Part shown: positions 33,499-42,358 of the stretch, in pieces
Layout: every line of letters starts with the position of its first letter
How positions within the stretch are numbered: position 1 is the first letter of the stretch
DNA from: Candidatus Promineifilaceae bacterium
GTDB taxonomy: Bacteria > Chloroflexota > Anaerolineae > Promineifilales > Promineifilaceae
Reading direction: 5' to 3'
Assembly: GCA_965223555.1 (NCBI GenBank)
Contig: CBDCWU010000009.1
Location: forward strand, 375,619 to 439,618
DNA: 64,000 bases
Notes under the pieces: model-generated
Seen by the model: only the letters and a program-made list of their open reading frames with translations
Told to the model about the DNA's origin: nothing
The model's database searches: none
Translations under genes and position numbers: made by a program

Positions 33499-36210
33499 AT
33501 GAACCTTGCAAATTTTGAGGCAGATGTAGCGGCTCCACAACGGCCGTTACTGCAAACCAAGCTCTGTATGCCCCGTACCCGGCACAGGGCCATCTCTCGC
33601 CCACGCTTAATCGAACAGCTGAATACGGCCGTTACCCCCGATGGCCTCATCCAACCCAAACTCACCCTCATTACCGGCCCCGCTGGTTACGGCAAAACCA
33701 CCCTCGCCACACAGTGGCTTAGCAATTTACGATTAGAGAATATTGCAATCAGCAATCGGCAATCGCAAATTGTCAATCCACACCTGGCTTGGCTCTCCCT
33801 CGACACAGGCGACAACGACGAAGCCCGCTTCCTGGCCTACCTCTTTGCCGCCATCGGCACGGTGCAGGAAGAGATTGGCGAGGCAGCCCAATCTCGCCTC
33901 ACCACCACGTACCTCTATAACGATACACAGGCTATCCTGACAACCTTTCTCAATGATCTGGCTGTGTGCAGCGAAACCATTGTCCTAGTTTTGGACGATT
34001 ATCACTTGATTACAGCCACGGCCGTTCATGAAATTACTACCTGCATTCTGCAGCACATGCCCGTGCAACTGCATATGGTCATCACCAGCCGCAGCGAGCC
34101 ACCCCTGCCTTTGGCCCTCCTGCGTGCTCGCCACAGCCTCAACGAAATCACTGCCCGTGATCTACGTTTTAACCAAGAAGAAGCTGCTCAGTTTTTGGGC
34201 CATACCATGAGTATACATCTGGCTCCTGCCCAAATCAGCCAGCTTGAGGAACAGGTTGAAGGCTGGGTCACAGGCTTACAATTGGCAGCCTTAGCTTTGC
34301 AGGAAAATGTGACCCTTCAACAATCCTTCTCCGGCAACCAACGCTATCTAGTGGATTATTTGGCCGAGCAGGTACTTGGCTGCCAACCGCCCGATGTACA
34401 GGAATTTTTGTTAAAAACGGCCGTTCTCAGCCAATTCAATGCCGATTTATGCGCCCATCTTACCGATTGTGATAGCCAAGCCATGCTCAGTTACCTTGAA
34501 ACTGCCAACCTCTTCCTCATCCCTCTAGACGCTGAGCGGCACTGGTATCGCTATCACCATCTATTTGCTGACTTTTTGCACGGCCGTTTGCAACAACAAA
34601 AATCCACCAGCACCATCTCTACTCTACACCAACGCGCTGCCCATTGGTATCAAGTCAATGGACAGCCGCTAACGGCCGTTGACCACGCCCTAGCCGCTGG
34701 CGACTACGATCTGGCCGTCACCGCCATTGAGCAAGTGGCCCGACAAGTGCTCATGTTTGGCGAAGGTAGCACCCTGCGCCATTGGCTAGAAAGCTTACCG
34801 GATGCCAAACGTACCGCTCAACCCAACCTTATCCTCTTCTATGCCTGGTCCCTCATCCGCACTGGCGATTTAGATCAGGCGAAAGTCATGCTGAAAGCCA
34901 TTAGCGACCAGCTAGATACACCACTGCTTTGGGGCGAATGGTCTGCTCTTTGGGCACGGCTGGCTGTTATGACGGGCGATGTAGACATCAACATTCGCTT
35001 CTCCCAAAAAGCCTTAGCCAAATTACCTCCCGACCAGCATATGCTCCGCAGCGAAGTCGCTATTAATCTGGGCTTTTCCCACTTGCAGCAAGCTGATGTG
35101 GCTGCCGCCCGAGCCGCTTTTGCCGAAGCCGCCCAAAACACAGCCCATGACCCTGGCCTGTGGGCCGTCATGTTCGCCACCTTCTATTGGGGACAAACAT
35201 ATGAGAGGCAAGCCCAGCTTCATGAGGCTTTTGAGATTTATCAGCGTGGTTTAACTTTAGCCGAGGGTCAAATGAACGGCCGTTCTCCCTCATCGGCCGT
35301 TGGCTTTATGCACATTGCCTTAGGACGTATTTACTACGAGTGGAACCGTCTGGCCGAAGCTGAAAGTCACATTCGCCGTGCCCTAGCCTGCGCCGAACGC
35401 AGTGGCGACCATAAAATGCTCATCTACAGCCGCGAAGCCCTAGCCCAACTCCTCACCACTTTAGGGGACTGGCAAGCAGCTCAAACTATCGTCAACGATT
35501 TGGAGCAGCAAACCCAGTCTCCCCCTGGAACATCTAAACTTCGTGCCATCCTGGCCTTGCAATGTAGCGACATAGCTACAGCCCAAAAGTGGGCGACCAA
35601 TCTAGAAATTGCCCTCACCGACCCGCCCCATCGCATCCAAGAATGGCCGATGGCCTATCTCACATTGGTGCAATTACACCTAGTGACGCGGGAGTTTGAG
35701 GGCGTTTTAGGCGTCTTAGACACATTGGCCGCCTACGGCAAAACTCGGCAAAGTACACAATTTTTACTTACGGTCCATTGTTTACAAGCGCTAGCCTATA
35801 GCAAACAGGGGGATATAGAAACGGCCGTTACCCATTGCCAACGTGCCTTGGCTCTGGCCGAACCAGGTGGCTATATCCGCCTCTTCCTCGATTATCAAGA
35901 TGCCGCACTGGCCCGTTTATGGCACCAGGTAGCTGCTAGTGGTGGGGCCACAGCCACATATGCCCATGCACTCCTAACCCATCTCCAGCCTGAAGAAGCC
36001 AGCTCCGTGCCCGCTGTCCAACCACTCAGCCCCCGCGAGTTGGAAGTGCTACAGCATTTGGCCGTTGGCCTCACTAACCGCCAGATCGCTGTCCAAATGG
36101 TCGTTACTATCAATACTGTCAAGGCCCACACGCGTCGTCTCTATGCCAAGCTGGATGTCAAAAGTCGCACTCAAGCTGTAGCCCGCGCTCGTCAATTGAA
36201 CCTCTTGTAA
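33499..36210 (+). CDS. MalT-like STAND ATPase / LuxR-family transcriptional regulator
   Basis: Walker A GPAGYGKTT, long TPR-like helical region, C-terminal LuxR HTH (LSPRELEVLQHLAVGLTNRQIA). Confidence 0.8.
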   Translation: MNLANFEADVAAPQRPLLQTKLCMPRTRHRAISRPRLIEQLNTAVTPDGLIQPKLTLITGPAGYGKTTLATQWLSNLRLENIAISNRQSQIVNPHLAWLSLDTGDNDEARFLAYLFAAIGTVQEEIGEAAQSRLTTTYLYNDTQAILTTFLNDLAVCSETIVLVLDDYHLITATAVHEITTCILQHMPVQLHMVITSRSEPPLPLALLRARHSLNEITARDLRFNQEEAAQFLGHTMSIHLAPAQISQLEEQVEGWVTGLQLAALALQENVTLQQSFSGNQRYLVDYLAEQVLGCQPPDVQEFLLKTAVLSQFNADLCAHLTDCDSQAMLSYLETANLFLIPLDAERHWYRYHHLFADFLHGRLQQQKSTSTISTLHQRAAHWYQVNGQPLTAVDHALAAGDYDLAVTAIEQVARQVLMFGEGSTLRHWLESLPDAKRTAQPNLILFYAWSLIRTGDLDQAKVMLKAISDQLDTPLLWGEWSALWARLAVMTGDVDINIRFSQKALAKLPPDQHMLRSEVAINLGFSHLQQADVAAARAAFAEAAQNTAHDPGLWAVMFATFYWGQTYERQAQLHEAFEIYQRGLTLAEGQMNGRSPSSAVGFMHIALGRIYYEWNRLAEAESHIRRALACAERSGDHKMLIYSREALAQLLTTLGDWQAAQTIVNDLEQQTQSPPGTSKLRAILALQCSDIATAQKWATNLEIALTDPPHRIQEWPMAYLTLVQLHLVTREFEGVLGVLDTLAAYGKTRQSTQFLLTVHCLQALAYSKQGDIETAVTHCQRALALAEPGGYIRLFLDYQDAALARLWHQVAASGGATATYAHALLTHLQPEEASSVPAVQPLSPRELEVLQHLAVGLTNRQIAVQMVVTINTVKAHTRRLYAKLDVKSRTQAVARARQLNLL

Positions 36211-36342
36211 TTCCCCCCTCATTGCCGCCAAACACATATAGACCTAATAAGCGGCCGTTGTGGATCGCTTTTCGGCACGTTTGGAGATCGGTCGTCTTGT
36301 ATGCTGGTCATACCTTACAAATCATTTTTTTAGGAGATAGCA

Positions 36343-37533
36343 ATGTATAAGAACAAAAGTAGTCAACAAGACAACAGCAGAGCAGCGGTGACCTCAACCC
36401 CCACGTTACTCAGCAAGCCCTTGAGCCAAAGCAAGATGCCTATAGCAGCCTTGCTTTTAGCTCTAGTTTTAGCCGCAACCAGCCTCTTCTCATTGGCCAG
36501 CCCGGCTCAAGCGGATAGCAATGAGATAGGCGAAGGCACTGTATTCACCTACATGGAGCAGGAGCCCGGTTTTCCTGAAGGCATTGTCGTTCACGGCAAT
36601 CGAGTTTTTGTCTCAACCCCCGCCCGCTTTGGCACAGCTGGAACTGGCCCATCCCAAATCTTTGTCTATGATCGACTAGATGGAAGCTTGGTGCAGACCA
36701 TCATCATTAGTGGTGAGGTTTTGAGCCAGGAACATGCCCTTAGCGGCCTAGCTATTGATGGTAACGGCCGTTTATACGCCATCAGCACCCAATTAGGCAT
36801 CATTCGCTTCACAAAAATGGGTCAAGCCTATGTCCAGGAACCCTGGGCTGACCCCATTCCTGATCTCAACCCCAACGATCCCATTCCACCCTTGCCCAAC
36901 GACATTGTTTTCGACGAAGCAGGCAACCTGTACCTGACTGATTCCTTGCAAGCCACCATTTGGCGCATTCCCACCACCGGTGGACAACCTCAAATCTGGT
37001 TCCAAGATCAAGCCTTGGCCATCACCGGACAAGCACAACTGGGGCCAAATGGCATCCGTCTTAGCCCCCAACGGGATTATGTCTACTTTGTTTACTCTGG
37101 CGGCCCCGCCCTCAATCCCTATGAACTGGCCCAACCCGGCCGCATTTACCGCCTGCCCTTGGTGGAGAATCCAACGGCCGTTCAATTGGAGACCGTCTTT
37201 ACCTATAGCGAGTTTGACCAGCCCGACGGCCTAGCCTTCGAACAGACGGGTCAGCTCTATGTGGTGTTAGCCGGAACCAATGCCATTTCCATCCTTGATA
37301 TAGATGCTCAAACAGGCCAAGCCACCGAGCAGCAGCGGCTCACTGGCCCCAGCAACAGCCCCCTGCCTTATGTCCAACCAGCCAATATTGCCTTTGACAG
37401 CCGCACCCATTCCCTGCTGGTGACGAATCACGCCATCTTTGCCCCGCTGCCACACAATTTATTTGCCGTCCTGCAAGTATTTGTAGATGCTGAAGGCGAT
37501 CCACTGGCAGAGCCGGACATGGATCAAGATTGA
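36343..37533 (+). CDS. Secreted beta-propeller protein (SMP-30/gluconolactonase/strictosidine-synthase-like)
   Basis: Signal peptide, then repeated blade-like motifs (NLYLTDSLQATIWRI, GQLYVV). Weak family assignment. Confidence 0.4.
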   Translation: MYKNKSSQQDNSRAAVTSTPTLLSKPLSQSKMPIAALLLALVLAATSLFSLASPAQADSNEIGEGTVFTYMEQEPGFPEGIVVHGNRVFVSTPARFGTAGTGPSQIFVYDRLDGSLVQTIIISGEVLSQEHALSGLAIDGNGRLYAISTQLGIIRFTKMGQAYVQEPWADPIPDLNPNDPIPPLPNDIVFDEAGNLYLTDSLQATIWRIPTTGGQPQIWFQDQALAITGQAQLGPNGIRLSPQRDYVYFVYSGGPALNPYELAQPGRIYRLPLVENPTAVQLETVFTYSEFDQPDGLAFEQTGQLYVVLAGTNAISILDIDAQTGQATEQQRLTGPSNSPLPYVQPANIAFDSRTHSLLVTNHAIFAPLPHNLFAVLQVFVDAEGDPLAEPDMDQD

Positions 37534-37598
37534 GTTCAATCTAAAAACCAAATTAGTGGAGATCTTCTCCCCATCTAGCATCAAAAAGTTAGCAAACG

Positions 37599-37630
37599 AA
37601 AAGGCCGCCTGGTCTAGGCGGCCTTTTTGA
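37599..37630. terminator. Bidirectional rho-independent terminator (aaaaggccgcc-TGGTCTA-ggcggccttttt)
   Basis: 11-bp GC stem with an A-run on one side and a T-run on the other. Marks the left boundary of the NACHT/CHAT island. Confidence 0.8.
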
Positions 37631-37660
37631 TCTAAAGACCGGGCGAGTTGCCAGCCACTA

Positions 37661-38521
37661 TTACCGTCTTCGTTTTTTCTTTTTGGCTTTGCGACGTGTT
37701 TTTAGTTTGATGATACGTTTCTTTTTAGGCGGTGGCGGGGGATCGGCCGTTTCCTCACCCATATCTCCAGCTAGCAACTGTTCTAATTTTGCCATAGTAG
37801 GATATTGCTCACCCAACCACCCCCGACGCGGCGCAGGTGTGATTCTTTCGCTGAGCAAACCCAATCTAATTTGTACCTCTTCCCAATCACCTAAAATAGA
37901 AACATCCACCTTGTTCGCTTTGAACGCCGCCGCCATCGTATCAGCCGCCTCAACGGCCTGTAAATCACACAACTCAGAAACAAGGCCACCATTAAGCGTG
38001 AGGGATTGTTTACGATGCTTGGCTAACTGGCGGGTCAAGAGTTCGACACACTCTTCTCGGTAAGCCGGGTATTGCCCACCGATTTTTTGAATGGCAGTTG
38101 CTGCCGCCCAACGACTAAAATCCCCATATTGCGGATTGACCAGATAGCCAGCTAGGTTAGGCAAAGTCTCTGGGCCAATCATAGCCAAGACATCCGGCAA
38201 GTCGCCATGTTCCCAATCGTGATTGAGGTCATCATCGTCAATACGAGTCAGAAGTTTGACCAACGGTTTAATGGCCACAACAGCTTGCAGTTGCCCTAAA
38301 GCCCGCCAAGCGTGGAGGTTGGCCCACACCTCATCTGAATCCTCATCCGCCCAATTAAGTTCCTCGTCTTGCATCATGCGTATGAGATCGGGAATGTGTG
38401 CCTCTGTTAGGCCACAGGTGGTTTTATAATCCAGCCACTCCTCCTGGCCGCGCACGTCGCCTAGCGTCAGCAGTTGGGCCATGGGCTGTCCATACGTTTG
38501 TGGCTTTGGCAAATCTGCCAT
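37661..38521 (-). CDS. Hypothetical protein with polyproline plus polybasic C-terminal tail (PPPPPKKKRIIKLKTRRKAKKKKRRR)
   Basis: 286-aa ORF co-oriented with the NACHT gene and immediately downstream of it. Confidence 0.5.
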   Translation of the reverse strand: MADLPKPQTYGQPMAQLLTLGDVRGQEEWLDYKTTCGLTEAHIPDLIRMMQDEELNWADEDSDEVWANLHAWRALGQLQAVVAIKPLVKLLTRIDDDDLNHDWEHGDLPDVLAMIGPETLPNLAGYLVNPQYGDFSRWAAATAIQKIGGQYPAYREECVELLTRQLAKHRKQSLTLNGGLVSELCDLQAVEAADTMAAAFKANKVDVSILGDWEEVQIRLGLLSERITPAPRRGWLGEQYPTMAKLEQLLAGDMGEETADPPPPPKKKRIIKLKTRRKAKKKKRRR

Positions 38522-38530
38522 CTCTATTTC

Positions 38531-38630
38531 TCCTCAGTGCCTTGCACCGTCTGCGGTGCGTGGCACTTTGCATAGTGTAACACCCTCGTGTAAGAAAGGT
38601 GCAAGGCACGTTCCCACGTGCCACGCACAG
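38531..38630 (-). other. Interleaved inverted-repeat structure between NACHT gene and downstream gene
   Basis: gtgccttgcacc (38537) pairs with ggtgcaaggcac (38599). gtgcgtggcac (38557) pairs with gtgccacgcac (38618). The arrangement A-B-A'-B' can form alternative hairpins or a pseudoknot. Confidence 0.45.
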
Positions 38631-38636
38631 GAGTGG

Positions 38637-40799
38637 TTACAGGTCGTTGATTAGTTTTTGGAATTCGGCTTCGTCGGCCAGGAATTCTAGGAGGGTGCGA
38701 TGGATGAACATCCAGCCGCCACCCACGCGGCGCAGCAATAGACGCGCCGCCATCCCATCCAAATAGGCAACCAACTTCCGATCCCGAAAAGGAAAGGGTA
38801 GCATCCCCTGCCGCGCCAACAACCAGCGCAACACATAATGCTTTATCACCGTTTCTCCCCCATATTGCATTGGCCCGATCATAAGCCCGATCATAAGCCC
38901 GACCACCAGCCCCAGCCCCAGCCCGAAAATCAGTTCACCAATGAGCGCAAAGATTAGTCCACCTCCCAATCCGAAAATTAGAGCAACAATTAGCCCATAC
39001 ACAGGACCTGTCCGCCGTGCATTATGCCATGATGTCCGAACACCTTGATTAGGTTGGGAACGTTGAAGCGTTCTATTTGTATGAATAAGAGATTCAAGTG
39101 CAGCTATTAGCCCGAAAATTAGCACACCGCCCAACCCGACAATCAGCCCAGCAATCAGCCCAGCAGTCAGCCCAGCAATCAGCCCGAAAATTAGCCCAGC
39201 ACCCAACCCAAAAATTAGCCCAGCGATCAATCCTTGTTTGATTTTTGACCGCAAAAGGGGAGAGTGAGGGCGTAGCCAACGGATTTCTTCAACTAACTGT
39301 ATAGGACCACTATCAGATACAAAAAACTGTTTAAGACTCTCGTCACGAATGCCTATACCACCTTTGAAACCGAGAAACAATCCTATTAACAGCCAAACAA
39401 CTAACCCTGCAATTAGCCCAAGAATTAGACCAACAACCAAGCTGGTAATCAGACTAAAAATTAATCCAATAACCAGACTAACAATCAGCCCAGCAATCAG
39501 CCCAGCAATCAGCCCGAAAAGCCAACGGTAGGAACGGGGATTGGGTGGCCAGCTTGGTTGTAGCTGCTCAATGTAAAAAACAGATTGGTTATGGGCTTGC
39601 AATTGGTGGGCAAGGTGGTACAACCAGGTTAAGGCGGCATGTTCATTATACGGGCCATCAGGGGGTAAGGGGCGGCGGTGCAAGTTGTGCTTGATGTAAG
39701 CGGTAAACAGTTGGTTCCGCTTGTCAGCCAAGCTCCCGCCTGCGGGCAAGGGCGTTTCACTAAAGGTGAAGGCCATGAGGTTAAGCATGAGGGGGGATTG
39801 GGCCAGTTCGCGCCACTCGTCGTCGGTGGCCACGGCTTGGCGCAGGCCGGCCAGGGGGGCGCTGAAGCTGGCTAGGTAGTCGTCTATCTGGCTGGGGGTC
39901 AGGGGCTGGAGGCGGATGGCGCTGCTGAGGTTGAGCTGTGCTTGCAGTTGCTCGTAATCGGCCAGGCGGCTGCACACCACCATGTCGGCGGGGTGGTCGG
40001 CTTTGAAGCTGTTGATGGCTGTCACACAAGCTTCGCGCTGTTCGGCAGCCACTTCATCCAGCCCATCCAGCAGCAGTGTTAACTGGTTGCCTGTCAGCCA
40101 GTCGCGGCTCAACTGGCGCGGGGCTTGGTACTGCACCAGCAATTCCTCCACTATCCAAGCAACCAAGTCCCCGCCTTCTCGCGCCCACGAGGAGAGATTA
40201 AGGACAATGGGAATGGGCTCATTGGGGTCGGCTTGGGCGGCGGTCAGCAACTCTTGCAAGAGTTGCAGCAGGGCAATGGTTTTGCCACTGGCTGGTTCGC
40301 CCAAAATCAGCAAGGCTCGTCCCCGCGCCGCGAATATTTGGGCCAAACTGGTGTCGGCTGGAATAGGCTGCTCCTCAGGGTAAAGGCTACGGTGGGGGCG
40401 GCTAAGGGCATCATGCTGGTAGCTCATGTCCAAGGCCAGGGCCACATCGTTGTGCAGGGCTGGCTCTAATATGCCCTCAATCCAGGTGTGGTGGATGTTG
40501 TTGAGGATGTTTTGGCGGTTGCGTTGTTGGGGGTGGCTGGGGGTGGCGGTGGTCAGGGCGGCAGCGAGTTCGGCGGCATTGGGCCACGTGAGTTTGTCAC
40601 GTTCCTCACGTAAAGCGGCAATTAGTTCATCTAATTGCTCGCGCCGCTGCACGTGAGTTAGCAGGGAACGAATTTTGCTGGATTTGCGAAAGCCATCCAA
40701 CTCGTCCCAATCCACACCTAAATCCATAGCCAAACCGCGTAGCTCTTCTTGGTCGAAGCTGCGGGCGATTTGTTGGTGGAGCTGTTTGGCTAGGTTCAT
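38637..40799 (-). CDS. NLR-like NACHT/STAND NTPase: N-terminal effector-associated (death-like) adaptor domain, NACHT core, and about 290-aa glycine-zipper TM repeat insertion before the C-terminal winged-helix motif
   Basis: Walker A LILGEPASGKT. Walker B LTLLLDGLDEV. Winged-helix motif RRVGGGWMFIHRTLLEFLA at the extreme C-terminus. Three blocks of (GLIxGLIx)n. The N-terminal ~60 aa are homologous to the N-terminus of the CHAT protein. Confidence 0.8.
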   Translation of the reverse strand: MNLAKQLHQQIARSFDQEELRGLAMDLGVDWDELDGFRKSSKIRSLLTHVQRREQLDELIAALREERDKLTWPNAAELAAALTTATPSHPQQRNRQNILNNIHHTWIEGILEPALHNDVALALDMSYQHDALSRPHRSLYPEEQPIPADTSLAQIFAARGRALLILGEPASGKTIALLQLLQELLTAAQADPNEPIPIVLNLSSWAREGGDLVAWIVEELLVQYQAPRQLSRDWLTGNQLTLLLDGLDEVAAEQREACVTAINSFKADHPADMVVCSRLADYEQLQAQLNLSSAIRLQPLTPSQIDDYLASFSAPLAGLRQAVATDDEWRELAQSPLMLNLMAFTFSETPLPAGGSLADKRNQLFTAYIKHNLHRRPLPPDGPYNEHAALTWLYHLAHQLQAHNQSVFYIEQLQPSWPPNPRSYRWLFGLIAGLIAGLIVSLVIGLIFSLITSLVVGLILGLIAGLVVWLLIGLFLGFKGGIGIRDESLKQFFVSDSGPIQLVEEIRWLRPHSPLLRSKIKQGLIAGLIFGLGAGLIFGLIAGLTAGLIAGLIVGLGGVLIFGLIAALESLIHTNRTLQRSQPNQGVRTSWHNARRTGPVYGLIVALIFGLGGGLIFALIGELIFGLGLGLVVGLMIGLMIGPMQYGGETVIKHYVLRWLLARQGMLPFPFRDRKLVAYLDGMAARLLLRRVGGGWMFIHRTLLEFLADEAEFQKLINDL
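38850..39530 (-). repeat. Three arrays of 12-nt tandem codon repeats (GCTGGGCTGATT-like, encoding A-G-L-I) inside the NACHT gene
   Basis: Direct tandem DNA repeats, e.g. aatcagcccagc x4 and gatcataagccc x2. In-frame, hence copy-number variable without frameshift. Confidence 0.7.
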
Positions 40800-40974
40800 G
40801 GTTGGTTTAGATAATAGTCAGCTTGCAGGAGATTGTACAGAGGAAGAAAAGGGATTACAACATCTGCACTCAAACAATTTGTTGCTTGACAACTCTCCTG
40901 GCAGGATCGTATCATCTGCTCACGATATTGTTCTCCGGTTAGATAAATATTTACTATCCATTCGCAAACAAAAC

Positions 40975-42261
40975 ATGACATCCGCGAATGGGCTTCAAGT
41001 AGCCGCTCGGTTGGGAACGTGTGCAGTTCATTATGAAATGAACGGCTACTTGGCAATCAGTGAGCAGTCCATGACAGCAAGCATCCCATTTCAACTTGAT
41101 AAACCGGGGAGTGGAGCCACGATTGTCTATCGCCCTTGGGGAATTTCTACGCTGAAAGTGCAAATAAGCACCCAAACAGATCTACCTCCTTTACGTCTAC
41201 GGCCGCAAAATGTGCACCCTGAAGAGGCAGCCAATGGGCTCTTTCGGGCCTTTGCTGATGATAGTGACGCCTTCATTATCAGCTGGGGTGGTGGCAATGA
41301 GCCGGGGCCATGCAGCCAAGCCGAAGATTTTCTGATGGCCTTTGAAAAGTGCGTGGACTTAAATCCGGGCGAAGGCAGCACTGTCTTTTTTAATGTGCAG
41401 CATGTGGGGCCAGATGTGCCGGAAACAAGCCTCATTACGTTGCAAGCCTATGATGAAGAGAGCGGGGATGTCGTAGCCGTGCTGCCTATTCAGATGGAAC
41501 AAACGGCGGCTTATCGGGCGGATGCGGTGCAATTTGTTGAGGCGGAGCCAGGGATTTGGCGACCATCAGGCAGCAGCTTGCCCACGTATGATCCGCGCTG
41601 GTGGCCGCGCTCAGTGGACTATGTGCCAGCCGATGAGTTGCCGCTAACAATTCAGTGGGGGAATAATGAGCTATTTGTGTTATGGCAGGATCATGTAGCT
41701 GCAACGGTAAGGGATCATACGCAGCCGACGATTTTGGATTTAGGCGACATTTCGTATGAACTATTTTACTTTGATGAGTGGCATGTGGCTTTACGAATCT
41801 GGTTTTTTTGGCTGGACAAGAATGTTGGCACGGATTTTTTTGTAGGGCGACATGAGGTGCCCGATGCCGAACGCTTTGATATGTTGATCCGACGCCAAGA
41901 CGGCGCCACGACGCTGGCTTGCACGGATTTGCATTGGCGGGAGACGTGGGGGCGGGTGAAAAAAGGCGAGCCGCTAGAGGCAACGCTGGGGCTGAGTACG
42001 GATACAAAGATTAAGCTGGCCAAGGAGGCTTTGGGCAAGGTGTGGCAGGTGTGGCAGCGGGATGAGAAGGTGGATCATAAACGGCCGTATGACCCTCTCA
42101 CCTATATCCAACGCATGGCCGCCACTCTGGGGGCAGAAGCTGTAGGCACGGTTCGGGCCAAAGGCACCGAAGCCCATTTGCCCGCTTTGCAAAATGTGGA
42201 AACAACTGACCAACCAGGCCGGCCGCCACGCATGACAAGTAGTGATGTGAGATTAGGATAG
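40975..42261 (+). CDS. Hypothetical protein (428 aa) divergent from NACHT gene and immediately upstream of CHAT gene
   Basis: No recognisable motif. The track ORF begins at 40675 but that would overlap the NACHT start; the first ATG after the NACHT gene is 40975. Confidence 0.5.
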   Translation: MTSANGLQVAARLGTCAVHYEMNGYLAISEQSMTASIPFQLDKPGSGATIVYRPWGISTLKVQISTQTDLPPLRLRPQNVHPEEAANGLFRAFADDSDAFIISWGGGNEPGPCSQAEDFLMAFEKCVDLNPGEGSTVFFNVQHVGPDVPETSLITLQAYDEESGDVVAVLPIQMEQTAAYRADAVQFVEAEPGIWRPSGSSLPTYDPRWWPRSVDYVPADELPLTIQWGNNELFVLWQDHVAATVRDHTQPTILDLGDISYELFYFDEWHVALRIWFFWLDKNVGTDFFVGRHEVPDAERFDMLIRRQDGATTLACTDLHWRETWGRVKKGEPLEATLGLSTDTKIKLAKEALGKVWQVWQRDEKVDHKRPYDPLTYIQRMAATLGAEAVGTVRAKGTEAHLPALQNVETTDQPGRPPRMTSSDVRLG

Positions 42262-42358
42262 CATATCAGTAAATGGGGGATTGAGTGATAATTGGGTAAT
42301 TATCGAATTAGTCGCTCCAAGTCGAATATCATCAGTACAAACCGCAGGAGATAATTAA

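Noticed and set aside
39094-40656. ORFs overlapping the NACHT gene (39094..39279-, 39349..39531+, 39678..39875+, 39781..40029-, 39982..40383+, 40125..40469+, 40426..40656+)
   Set aside because: Pro/Arg/Gln-rich low-complexity products generated by the GC-rich, repeat-containing NACHT sequence read in wrong frames. The repeat-derived ones merely mirror the 12-nt tandem repeats.
40675-40974. 5' extension of the 428-aa ORF to 40675
   Set aside because: It would overlap the NACHT gene start by about 125 nt on the opposite strand, and the N-terminal 100 aa are low-complexity. The first ATG beyond the NACHT gene (40975) is preferred.
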